A model generated the notes under the pieces. That model was given only the letters and a program-made list of their open reading frames with translations. It was not told where the DNA came from and ran no database searches. Below are positions 36,615-45,811 of a stretch of DNA of 64,000 nucleotides, piece after piece. The position numbers and the translations under genes are program-made. Source of the stretch: a virus; the IMG/VR virus record IMGVR_UViG_3300017917_004642, positions 19,577-83,576 of that record, one strand, 5' to 3'. Positions within the stretch are counted from its first letter, which is position 1, and each line of letters opens with the position of its first letter.

Positions 36615-39600
36615 ATGGCAAACTCGTTACTTTACATAAATCAAGGTGCACTAGATTCGTCAGAAAACGTTTGGTGTGTCGGAAGAGACCTTACTGTTTA
36701 CGATGGTCAATCTTGGACATACTTCAATTACCTCAATTCGATAGTACCAAACAATAGCCCTTATTTTTTGGATACCAGATCAATCTCGATTGATTCTGAT
36801 GATACAAAGTGGATTGGTTGTGCTGTATCAAGTGGTTTGTCACAGGATCTAATCTTTTATGCAGAAGGACCTCAAGCTGCAACAGGTTCATCCTGGACTA
36901 TTAACGATTTTAATCTTTCTGGTGCAAACTGGGAGGTTCCAACAATTTATGCTAGTCCTTATGGAGACGAGATTCTTGCTTTCATTTCGCCACTAAACGG
37001 AGGTGGAGGAACAGGAGCTACTGGAAACGTGGGTGTCACCGGGGGTTATCTTTGGTCATACAATAAGATAAGTTCAGAGTGGAAAGAAGTATCTCCTGGT
37101 TATGTTTGGCCACACATTTATGAAATCAAGGCCAAGGGAAAGGATGGAATAAATTGGGATTACTATCTAGCTACTACAGATGGTGTACAGATAATTCCAA
37201 ATGGAATTCTTGATACCTCAGTTTTGCAGGACGGAAGTAAATTTATACCAAATCTCAAAAAAATAAACGGGTACAATTCAAGTCTGAATTCCAATACAGT
37301 TTATTCCATAAGCTTTGACGAGAATGGTCACTATTGGCTGGGAACTGAAGCTGGTCTAACTTATTGGGATGGATCCAAATATTATAATTGGGTAACACCG
37401 GGTTCTGAATCTGTTCAATCTGTTGTTGCAAGGCCTAACGGTCACGTTTTTTTCAGCGAAGGAAATCCGTTTGAAACACCGTCAGGAACAAATGGTTTCT
37501 ATCATTTCAATGGTGATACATTTACTAATTACAATACCTCAAATTCCACACTGCCGGACGATTTAGTTATCTCTATTCTATTAGTCCCTGAAAAGACTTC
37601 CAAAGGATCGCTAACGCTCTATCCCAACGATCTTTGGATAGTTGCTGGAAATTATGTAGTTCTTTTTGATTATGTCATACCACACGTCTATGGATCTTCC
37701 AAGTATGAAGGTACGACAGGCTGGAATTTTATTGACTACACACCAAATGCAACAGGTGCAACAACGGATGCAGCGAATCTACCAAAAACTGAAAGGTTCA
37801 ACTGGGTTTATCCTTCTTGGCAGGGATATGAAAATTTTGAGCTTTCTAACAATCATCCTGGTATGGACCCAAGAAATCTATTTCTTGATACCGATTTCAA
37901 AGCTATTGCTGATGGGAGAGCGGGAAATCAAGATTACTGGAACTGGGGACAAGTCATTCCTTACGAACAACAGGTAGAAGCTGGGTTGATCCCTGATTAC
38001 ACCTGGATTAACGGAATAACAGGGGCAAGTCAGATTACGATATCTTCTGTTTCTAGATACAAGAATTTAAATGTTCTATCTGGATACAGTAACAACCCGT
38101 ACACAAACTTTGGCCCATCTAGTAACACAGAGAATGAATTCATAGTTGCCAATCCTAATCCTACAAACGGCACATCAGGAACACAGAATTTTGGATTTGT
38201 AACATTCTATAGCGACGGAGGGCAGGTACAGGGGACTATTCCTTTTAGAGGCTATAACACTAGGGTTTTAAGTGCAAAACCATCATATGACAATTCTTCA
38301 CTCGTAGTTTTGGGTTCTTATTCAGGATATGTTGAAGGCGGTAAGTTTGTGTGGGGATCTGAGTATCCTACTGCTGCCAATATGACAGTAACTGGAACAA
38401 CAGGTCCAATTGGTGGACCAATTGGATTTTCTAATATTGCTACTCCTGGAATTACCGCAAGTTTTGATTACCCATGGATATTAAACGGAGCGACAGGAGC
38501 GACCTCTGGTGTCTATATCCCACAGCCTTCGGTCTTAACTTCTACTATTGGGTATTTCCTAGCAGAAGTTGATTTTGAAATTGGCGACGAAACAAGTTAT
38601 GGCGGGATAGATTTTTCAACAGAAACAACATCTTCCAAATTTTGTCTTAAGAATTTTAGAACCTTCCCTGGCGCAAACTCAAGTTATGACCCAGCAATAC
38701 ACCCTGCAGGAACATTACCAACGCAGATTGGAAATTCGGATCTGTCTATAAGTCAAAATTCAATTAGATTTACTGGTAATATAACCGGTGGAATATCAAC
38801 ACTAAAAAATGATTATGAAAATACAAACGACCTACCAAACTCTCCTGAATTTATTTTCTCATCCTTTAGCAATTCCTCTTATGTTTCAAGTGGATTCGTT
38901 ATTGATGTTAGCCCTGATTTTTTCTTAAAGAATGGATCTTCTGTTGGTATGACCGGTAACGGCTCATTAGATACCATCGCATCACTTCCAAACGGTCAAA
39001 CTTTTTTACTAACCGGAACTTCAACAGATAACTTAAGCTACGAAAATCTCAATGTTCCACATTCATCAGGCGGAGCCATGTATCCCTGGTTTGTTCTATC
39101 TGATGAAAACAACCGGGGTATCACTGGTTCATTCTTTAAAAATAGCTCAAGCGGTGATGCAAACTACCAGTCGTGGAACAATACAGTAACATCCTTTTCT
39201 AGCACTAGCAATTTCTATAGTGCGATGATTTACACAGGAAACGGATCCATTGAAAGCTATAATGGATCTTCTCTGACTGTTGGAGGTGCATCTGGAGCAG
39301 TAAATTCTGCAATCGTCTCTATTACACCAGGTGGAAAAGTAAGTCTAGCATCAAGCTACGAAATACTACCTTCTGATTACGAGTTTGCGTATAATGCAAC
39401 AATAAGTTCTGTACAAGGTGTTAGAGCAAATGATTCATACTATTTAGCAGTAAATTATCAACACAATCCTGGTGTTACTGGAAACGGAAATATCATAATT
39501 AAAAGATCAGTGAGTGGAACTCACGTTGATGATTTCTCAACCTTCCCTATTGATCCAAACAGTGGTACACAAAGTCCATTAAAATTAAGTGTTGATGCAG

Positions 39601-40259
39601 ATCTAAATGTATTCGTTGCTGGTGGAAATTCTGGAATAACCGGTCCTACAGGTCTTCCTTACCCTGCTGGAAATCTTTCCTTTGTTTCACTGCTTGAAAG
39701 TTTTAAACCACCAGTTGGTGTTGATATGGGTGATATCATATCTAGAGCGGGATCTGGTGCATGGACTTGGGTAGATGTTCATAATTCAGATTCAGATCTG
39801 AATGTACCTATGCTCTCGACAGTTTTCTTTAGCAACTACAATTCACAAATTTTTGGTAAAAATTCAAATCGATGGGTGTTAACCGATGCAAGATTGGGTG
39901 AAGTAATACTGGATGTCAAACAAATCCCATATTTCATATACACGTTTGTTAAGTCCGGATACTACTCAATACAGAACACAGTGGAAGATGCTGCAGGCAA
40001 CGTTTACGAGATTGCTAAACCAGCTTTCATAAAAGTTGTCAATCAATCAATTGCAAGAGCAGATGACCCAAATCCATTCTTGGTAAATTCAGCAGATTAC
40101 GGGTATGTACAAGAAAAAAGAGGATTTGAAAACGAAGCTGAAAAACTGGACAAAGACATGCTTGAGCAGCAGATTGAGATTAGACTTAAAAACATTCCTC
40201 CTTTTGGATCTGGATTAATTATCAAAGACGATCCAGATGCGACATTTAGAGGCGATTAA
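36615..40259 (+). CDS. Beta-propeller virion protein (Reg_prop-like blades) with C-terminal PKD-like domain
   Basis: NSSLNSNTVYSISFDENGHYWLGTEAGLTYWDG and FTNYNTSNSTLPDDLVISI are two-component-regulator propeller-type repeats. Confidence 0.7.
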   Translation: MANSLLYINQGALDSSENVWCVGRDLTVYDGQSWTYFNYLNSIVPNNSPYFLDTRSISIDSDDTKWIGCAVSSGLSQDLIFYAEGPQAATGSSWTINDFNLSGANWEVPTIYASPYGDEILAFISPLNGGGGTGATGNVGVTGGYLWSYNKISSEWKEVSPGYVWPHIYEIKAKGKDGINWDYYLATTDGVQIIPNGILDTSVLQDGSKFIPNLKKINGYNSSLNSNTVYSISFDENGHYWLGTEAGLTYWDGSKYYNWVTPGSESVQSVVARPNGHVFFSEGNPFETPSGTNGFYHFNGDTFTNYNTSNSTLPDDLVISILLVPEKTSKGSLTLYPNDLWIVAGNYVVLFDYVIPHVYGSSKYEGTTGWNFIDYTPNATGATTDAANLPKTERFNWVYPSWQGYENFELSNNHPGMDPRNLFLDTDFKAIADGRAGNQDYWNWGQVIPYEQQVEAGLIPDYTWINGITGASQITISSVSRYKNLNVLSGYSNNPYTNFGPSSNTENEFIVANPNPTNGTSGTQNFGFVTFYSDGGQVQGTIPFRGYNTRVLSAKPSYDNSSLVVLGSYSGYVEGGKFVWGSEYPTAANMTVTGTTGPIGGPIGFSNIATPGITASFDYPWILNGATGATSGVYIPQPSVLTSTIGYFLAEVDFEIGDETSYGGIDFSTETTSSKFCLKNFRTFPGANSSYDPAIHPAGTLPTQIGNSDLSISQNSIRFTGNITGGISTLKNDYENTNDLPNSPEFIFSSFSNSSYVSSGFVIDVSPDFFLKNGSSVGMTGNGSLDTIASLPNGQTFLLTGTSTDNLSYENLNVPHSSGGAMYPWFVLSDENNRGITGSFFKNSSSGDANYQSWNNTVTSFSSTSNFYSAMIYTGNGSIESYNGSSLTVGGASGAVNSAIVSITPGGKVSLASSYEILPSDYEFAYNATISSVQGVRANDSYYLAVNYQHNPGVTGNGNIIIKRSVSGTHVDDFSTFPIDPNSGTQSPLKLSVDADLNVFVAGGNSGITGPTGLPYPAGNLSFVSLLESFKPPVGVDMGDIISRAGSGAWTWVDVHNSDSDLNVPMLSTVFFSNYNSQIFGKNSNRWVLTDARLGEVILDVKQIPYFIYTFVKSGYYSIQNTVEDAAGNVYEIAKPAFIKVVNQSIARADDPNPFLVNSADYGYVQEKRGFENEAEKLDKDMLEQQIEIRLKNIPPFGSGLIIKDDPDATFRGD

Positions 40260-40681
40260 TTTTTTGGTTTAGCATTTCCAGTACCGCCCTGTGCTTTACT
40301 GTGCTTCCATTCCTCATATCTTTTTACGATTTCTTTCAGAATTTTAGATCTGACGATATCTTCTTCACCGAATTGAAATTCTCCAATGTTTTTAACCCCT
40401 CTTACAAGTTCCATAAAGAAAGGTAAAGCAACCTTCTCATAAGAAATGTCGTGCTGGGTTACATCTCCCGCAATCACCATCTTTGAATTTTTACCCAACC
40501 GAGAAGTGTAAAGCATTAACTGTTTCATATCACAATTCTGAGATTCGTCAAGAATCATAATGCAATTTTTACTTAATAGACCATGTGTGGCAAAGTAATT
40601 GTGATTATCTTTTACGTTTACGGAAAAGAATGGTACATTTTCATACTCACTCTCAATCCTAGTTATTTTTTTTACTCTCAT
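40256..40681 (-). CDS. phoH: Split-intein C-half fused to PhoH C-terminal extein
   Basis: MRVKKITR...HNYFATHGLLSKN | CIMILDESQN...SRLGKNSKMVIAGDVTQHD...FGEEDIVRS PhoH motifs. Confidence 0.92.
   Translation of the reverse strand: MRVKKITRIESEYENVPFFSVNVKDNHNYFATHGLLSKNCIMILDESQNCDMKQLMLYTSRLGKNSKMVIAGDVTQHDISYEKVALPFFMELVRGVKNIGEFQFGEEDIVRSKILKEIVKRYEEWKHSKAQGGTGNAKPKN
40565..40681 (-). mobile_element. Split intein C-fragment (IntC, 39 aa)
   Basis: Block F/G-like FSVNVKDNHNYFA.GLLSKN followed by Cys+1. Confidence 0.9.
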
Positions 40682-41925
40682 TTATATAAATTATAATTTG
40701 TTAGATCCAGACTATCATCGACCAAACCAAAAAACCACCCGTCTATTTCTTCTTTTGTCTCGAAGCATTTATCTTTATATTTTCTGTGTGGCAAAGGTTT
40801 GAAATTTGATAATTTTTCTTTGCAGAATTTTTTAAAGTTACCCGCAGTAACCCATTTTTCACCATTTGGGAAATGTATGATTATCTTTTTTGACATCGGA
40901 TTCTTATCACCCGATATTTTCTCGCCGTTTTTATAATTTGGGTTATTTATTCCCATCCGGTATTTTGCCATCCATTCATTAAATTCTTTTTCTCCTAATT
41001 GAACACGGTTTTTATGAAATGATGAATTATCCCCCCTTCTTACATCTTCCATATATTTTTCTCTTTCTTCCGGAGGTAAAGAATTTAATTTTTTTGAAAA
41101 TGGATTATTTACAGAAGAACTGTTATTGAATATCCATTCTTTTTTTTCCTCTTCATTTAATCCTGATAAAAATTTGTAATATGCTGAATTATCACCTGTC
41201 CTATCCGTTTTTTTAAAACAGCTTATACACATTGAAGATTTATTACCTTTTCTTCCTGAACAAATTTTGCATATCGTTTTCCCTTTCCAATGTGGACTAT
41301 TTTCTTTTAATATATATTTGGATTTCCATAATTCCAATTCTTCTTCACTTTTATTTCTAAAATGATTAGATTTTTTAACCGATATTGAAAATTGTAATCT
41401 GAATGAATCGTCACATTCCGCCCAGAATTTTTTTAATCCATTTGATATTTTAGTCTTTATTTCCTCTATTTCATTTTCTTTCTTATTTTCGAAAATGTTT
41501 TTCCCATACATTGGGTTCCTTTCGCCACTTAAGATTGGGTTCCTAACCCCTGGGATTGTTAAATTGCAAAGACTTCCTTCCCCTATTTCATCAGATATCT
41601 TTGTTCTAGTACCAATCTGTTCGCAAACCTTATATTCTATTTCAAGAGCTTTATCCTCCGTTAATCCATCTTTTATTTTTATAATGAATTTATCCTTGAA
41701 ATCGTTTACGGTTACATCCGATAAAATTTTACTTATTATTCTATTTTTCAGCGGGTTATTTTTTATAGGTTTAAGATGATCGTATAATCTATTACCTTTA
41801 CCCTTACCGACATAAAATGGCTGAAATTCCAGTGTAAATCTATCACCATCAATAATTAATTCCCTAGATTCTGGTTTTCTAGGATCTAAATATACGTAAG
41901 TGTAAAATGAATTATCACATTTCAT
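40678..41925 (-). CDS. Free-standing GIY-YIG (LEM-3-like) homing endonuclease with NUMOD3-like/helical repeats and a CxxC..CxxC motif
   Basis: FYTYVYLDPRK...PFYVGKGKGNRLYDHL, conserved E (ALEIE) and LCN; GERNPMYGK, GDKNPMSKK; CKIC...CISC. Confidence 0.85.
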   Translation of the reverse strand: MKCDNSFYTYVYLDPRKPESRELIIDGDRFTLEFQPFYVGKGKGNRLYDHLKPIKNNPLKNRIISKILSDVTVNDFKDKFIIKIKDGLTEDKALEIEYKVCEQIGTRTKISDEIGEGSLCNLTIPGVRNPILSGERNPMYGKNIFENKKENEIEEIKTKISNGLKKFWAECDDSFRLQFSISVKKSNHFRNKSEEELELWKSKYILKENSPHWKGKTICKICSGRKGNKSSMCISCFKKTDRTGDNSAYYKFLSGLNEEEKKEWIFNNSSSVNNPFSKKLNSLPPEEREKYMEDVRRGDNSSFHKNRVQLGEKEFNEWMAKYRMGINNPNYKNGEKISGDKNPMSKKIIIHFPNGEKWVTAGNFKKFCKEKLSNFKPLPHRKYKDKCFETKEEIDGWFFGLVDDSLDLTNYNLYK

Positions 41926-42616
41926 AGTATATTATATCATCTTCTTCCGTAAGATCTTTTGCCTCTACAATACCCCTATTTGATGTGTAAAATTTATGAG
42001 AATCTGTTACGTTTATGCTTGAACCATTTTCCAATTCTACACAAATGTATTTATTTGTTAGTGACATTGAAATTGCATCTAATTCTTTTTCTTCTAATTC
42101 CCCTTTCGGGTTTGAAGTTATAACAATATGATATATCCCATTTGAAGCATCCTCAAAAATTTGGTCCACCGTAATGTAACCTTTGTTCGTAAGTATTTTT
42201 TCACCCGAAATTAAACATTCATCAAACGTTGCACCTCTCATATATGCCAATGGTCTAAATTCGATTACTTTATCGTTTATTAATTGGGTTAGAACATCTT
42301 TCTTTATGATCTTTTCCATAGTGATCAAAAAGCTTTCCATGTAGGGTCCAATCTTTTCTCCAACGTCTCCTGGTAAACTTCCAAGTTTTTCCCCCGATTC
42401 CTGGATTGGCTTGGTAAAGATTATTTTTTCGATGACTCCTTTTTGTAAAAGTCTAAGAGCTGTATAGCAGGCAGAAAATGTTTTAGAAGATCCAGCAGGT
42501 CCCCAACAAAAGGTAATCGTATTGTTGAAGATTGTTTCTGAATACTCTTTTTGTTTTGGTGATAATGAAATGTCTAAAAATGAGCTTGCGGTTAACTTGT
42601 TTTTTCCTACTGGCAT
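41915..42616 (-). CDS. phoH: PhoH N-terminal extein fused to split-intein N-half
   Basis: GPAGSSKT Walker A, EKLGSLPGD, PLAYMRGATFDE | CLISGEKILT...VTDSHKFY...EAKDL. Confidence 0.92.
   Translation of the reverse strand: MPVGKNKLTASSFLDISLSPKQKEYSETIFNNTITFCWGPAGSSKTFSACYTALRLLQKGVIEKIIFTKPIQESGEKLGSLPGDVGEKIGPYMESFLITMEKIIKKDVLTQLINDKVIEFRPLAYMRGATFDECLISGEKILTNKGYITVDQIFEDASNGIYHIVITSNPKGELEEKELDAISMSLTNKYICVELENGSSINVTDSHKFYTSNRGIVEAKDLTEEDDIIYYEM
41918..42217 (-). mobile_element. Split intein N-fragment (IntN, 100 aa)
   Basis: Cys1 block A (CLISGEKILT), block B TxxH (VTDSHKF), ends with stop after AKDLTEEDDIIYYEM. Confidence 0.9.
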
Positions 42617-42639
42617 ATTTGAGTGTTTGTTAATAGTGT

Positions 42640-42649
42640 GATATATATT
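42640..42649. promoter_or_regulatory. Possibly bidirectional late-promoter-like element
   Basis: GATATATA on + (upstream of 42682) overlaps AATATATA on - (upstream of phoH at 42616). Confidence 0.5.
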
Positions 42650-42681
42650 TCTAAACTTAGAAACTAAAAAATTGACCTCAA

Positions 42682-43566
42682 ATGGCTACAGTAAGCACTA
42701 CTTCAATTCTAGGATCTGATTCAATTTCTGGATCTAGACCCACAATTAATTCTAATTTTCAGATTTTAGAAAACTGGATTAATCAATACAATAATGTATT
42801 TGGCATTGATTCAACGAATGGTATTTTGGACCTTTCTGCTGCTTCAACTGGAAGAGTATCAGCTAGAACCGGAAGATTTGACCAAATCATCGTTCCGAGC
42901 GGAGGAACAGCACTTGCCCAGATTCTTTCAACAGGTTCTGCTTCTTTCGTTAGTACAGCAACAACGACTTTAACAGCAAGCGGGGCATCAACTTTAAATG
43001 GTGTTTTCACTTCAAACAATAGCTCGACATTTAACTCGACGACTAATCTTTTTGGCGCAACCAACCTTAATAGCTCATTCACAATCTCTTCTGCTGGTCA
43101 CTTTGTTGGACAAAATACAACTTATGCAACTGGTGCAACTGCTGGAACTGCCTTCCCTGCTAACACCCTTGGTGGTGGCGGTAGAGCTTCTTCTCTAGCT
43201 GTACCTTACCAAATCACTGGTTTAGAGGATATCATCTATGCTCAGTGTGGTGGCGGATTTTATATGACAGTTGGAACTACCGGTGCTACTGCTTCTAATT
43301 TGGCTGCAGGTACAAGAATTACCATTATCAATACTGGAGGAACAGGCGGATTTATAGCTACTGGAATTCAAAACGGTGGAGCATATTACACTGGATTTAA
43401 TACCCAAGCATCTTATGGTAATTTCCCATCCACTGGAATAACATGTGATAATTTAAGACCTTACCAATCAGCTTTACAGCTTCAATGGGAACCAAGAGTA
43501 GGAAAAGGAACCGGCACACAAGAGGGATCTTGGGTAGTTTTGGGTTCTTCAAAAATGACTTGGTAA
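42682..43566 (+). CDS. S/T/G-rich fibre-like virion protein
   Basis: N-terminal GSDSISGSRPTINSNF motif shared with 55010 and 56487; beta-helix-like middle. Confidence 0.55.
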   Translation: MATVSTTSILGSDSISGSRPTINSNFQILENWINQYNNVFGIDSTNGILDLSAASTGRVSARTGRFDQIIVPSGGTALAQILSTGSASFVSTATTTLTASGASTLNGVFTSNNSSTFNSTTNLFGATNLNSSFTISSAGHFVGQNTTYATGATAGTAFPANTLGGGGRASSLAVPYQITGLEDIIYAQCGGGFYMTVGTTGATASNLAAGTRITIINTGGTGGFIATGIQNGGAYYTGFNTQASYGNFPSTGITCDNLRPYQSALQLQWEPRVGKGTGTQEGSWVVLGSSKMTW

Positions 43567-43582
43567 TAATAAAATTTTCTAA

Positions 43583-45796
43583 ATGGCAAAAACCCCGTTT
43601 ATACGTCCTTTACAGGTTCAAGGTGGTACATTCTACGCCTTTTCTTCTGCTGCAGAAGACTTATCTTTTACTTTCAATAATTCTGTAAATAAATTTAAGT
43701 TTTCTAAATTTGCTTTGCTTAACATCCCAGAAATAAATTCTGGTGATCCCTTGGGTAATAGCTTGAAGTTGAACGCTCCCGACAGTGCATTCATAGACAA
43801 AGCTACAAATGCTCAGAATATAATTACCAATAACGCAAACGTTAATTTTTCTCAAAGTTTCCAAAGTTATTGCCTTAACCTAGAAACAACAATCTTAAGC
43901 GGTTCTGATTACGATTCAAGTCTAAAACAGAATATCTCAGAGAGAGTATTTTGGAAATGGCTTAAAGAACTTGGTGGAATGAGATATCAACCAGCTTCTT
44001 CGGATCAGGTTGTTTCTACACTGGACCAGAACACTGTTTTAACCATTAACAATATACCAGTTACACAAAAAAGATATGTCGAAGGTGATCCTGCAGGCGG
44101 AACTGGATCCTATGGTTTAACTGGAGCAACCTACAATAGAGTTGTTCAGTACATTGGAAACCTTGACATTGTAAATTCTGTAAAAAACAACAGTAACACA
44201 TATTCTGAAGTTTATGTTTTAGTTCCAACCAAAGACGGTAACACGCCAACTGTTCTTTTTAAGAATGTAACGGATCAGAACTACCTATTGGATTATGGCT
44301 GGACTAATAATCCGGCGGATCCTTTGAATGACGAATATTTAACAGGACGTGCATATGATGAGTTGAACCCTAGCGGATTAACAAATTTAGCAATATTCGA
44401 TGACGATGTAATCGGACAACCCACCGTTACTTTTACCGAAACATCAAACGGAGCAACAGGATCTGGTAACTGGTATTCTCCAAGAGCAATAGCAGATACA
44501 TATTTTAGCGATCAGCTGTTTACCGATCCTACAGCACAAATCCTTAGCAAATCATATGCCGGTGCTACTTCAGGAAATGGTTTTCAACAGTATGTTAGAA
44601 CAAAATTAGATTCTATCGGAATTGATTTTGACCCAAATTCATACAAACAGATCGTCGATGACCCTACAATTTCTACTCTAGAAGAATTCAACGCAACATC
44701 GCTTTCTGGTGATTTCCAGTTTAATGCAGTTCTTATCTATTATGATGTGTACGATCCAGCAATCCCTGCAGATTCTGCTACTAATTTATATGGGGTTCTT
44801 TTTCTAGATGATGTACAAGATACTGGGACAGGAACTTTTAAAATTCCAACGTTTACCAAATACAAGCCAAATCCAGTTACCAAACTAAACGGAAATTCAT
44901 ACGGATTAAAGCTTAATATCAAATTTGATGTAGACATCGATCAAACTGGAGTAGAACAAGCGATTAACGACTACTCACCTTTTTCTTTGACCATGTTTAT
45001 GGATGCTGTAAATGTTTTGCAAGACGCATCATCTACATTAAATAACACAGCATCAATTTATGCAGGTCTTGAAGATAGAGTAAGTTCTTTGGAAAATTTG
45101 GTTCTTTCGTCAGAAACAACTTTTAATATTGACAGAAGAATAGCTAATCTGGAGAATGCACTTGCAGCAAATCAAGCACTTTTCAACAACACTCAGGCTG
45201 TTATGGGATTGATCAACCAGAACTATGAATTGATCAGAGCTATTATCAACAATGAAACATCTGTTGAAATATCTTACAACCTGAATTTGATTAAGCAGGG
45301 ACAGGGTGTGATAGTTGACAGAAGCGTACCAAATCAGCTTACAATTTCCAACGATACTCAGGATTATCACATAGGAGAAAGAAATGGAACAATCACTTTA
45401 CAGAACGTTTCACCCAACGTTGTGGTTCTTGAAACATTTGGTAACTATGTAAAACACATCAACAACGGAACTCCAATCGCTCTTTCTTCTGATCTAGTTA
45501 TAAGAATCGACGACTCAACTAGAACTAACTGGAGACAGGGTCAGGTAATGAGATTCTCTTTTGGCGATCAAATAATTCCCGGTGATTACAATGTTACTTT
45601 CCTAACTAACTCGGTTGGAAAATTCCCATTAGGTGATCCAACAAATGTCCCATACTCAACATTAATCATATCTCTTACCAACACTGAGTTTGCTTTGTAC
45701 GATTATAAGCCAGTGATAGATATTGTTTGTATTGATCCAGTTAACCTTATTTTCCAGGTTGATCAAGTCGGAAAAAGTTTAACCAATAACGAGTAA
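43583..45796 (+). CDS. Virion structural protein with coiled-coil segment
   Basis: 737 aa; LEDRVSSLEN...IDRRIANLENAL heptads; structural-operon context. Confidence 0.5.
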   Translation: MAKTPFIRPLQVQGGTFYAFSSAAEDLSFTFNNSVNKFKFSKFALLNIPEINSGDPLGNSLKLNAPDSAFIDKATNAQNIITNNANVNFSQSFQSYCLNLETTILSGSDYDSSLKQNISERVFWKWLKELGGMRYQPASSDQVVSTLDQNTVLTINNIPVTQKRYVEGDPAGGTGSYGLTGATYNRVVQYIGNLDIVNSVKNNSNTYSEVYVLVPTKDGNTPTVLFKNVTDQNYLLDYGWTNNPADPLNDEYLTGRAYDELNPSGLTNLAIFDDDVIGQPTVTFTETSNGATGSGNWYSPRAIADTYFSDQLFTDPTAQILSKSYAGATSGNGFQQYVRTKLDSIGIDFDPNSYKQIVDDPTISTLEEFNATSLSGDFQFNAVLIYYDVYDPAIPADSATNLYGVLFLDDVQDTGTGTFKIPTFTKYKPNPVTKLNGNSYGLKLNIKFDVDIDQTGVEQAINDYSPFSLTMFMDAVNVLQDASSTLNNTASIYAGLEDRVSSLENLVLSSETTFNIDRRIANLENALAANQALFNNTQAVMGLINQNYELIRAIINNETSVEISYNLNLIKQGQGVIVDRSVPNQLTISNDTQDYHIGERNGTITLQNVSPNVVVLETFGNYVKHINNGTPIALSSDLVIRIDDSTRTNWRQGQVMRFSFGDQIIPGDYNVTFLTNSVGKFPLGDPTNVPYSTLIISLTNTEFALYDYKPVIDIVCIDPVNLIFQVDQVGKSLTNNE

Positions 45797-45811
45797 AATT
45801 TTAAATAGAAA

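Noticed and set aside
40678-41925. Group I intron carrying the endonuclease
   Set aside because: The endonuclease ORF overlaps both flanking ORFs, leaving no non-coding room for an intron core, and IntC has its own coupled ATG.
40256-42616. phoH pseudogene
   Set aside because: Both exteins and both intein halves are intact with key residues, and the break is at the usual intein split position.
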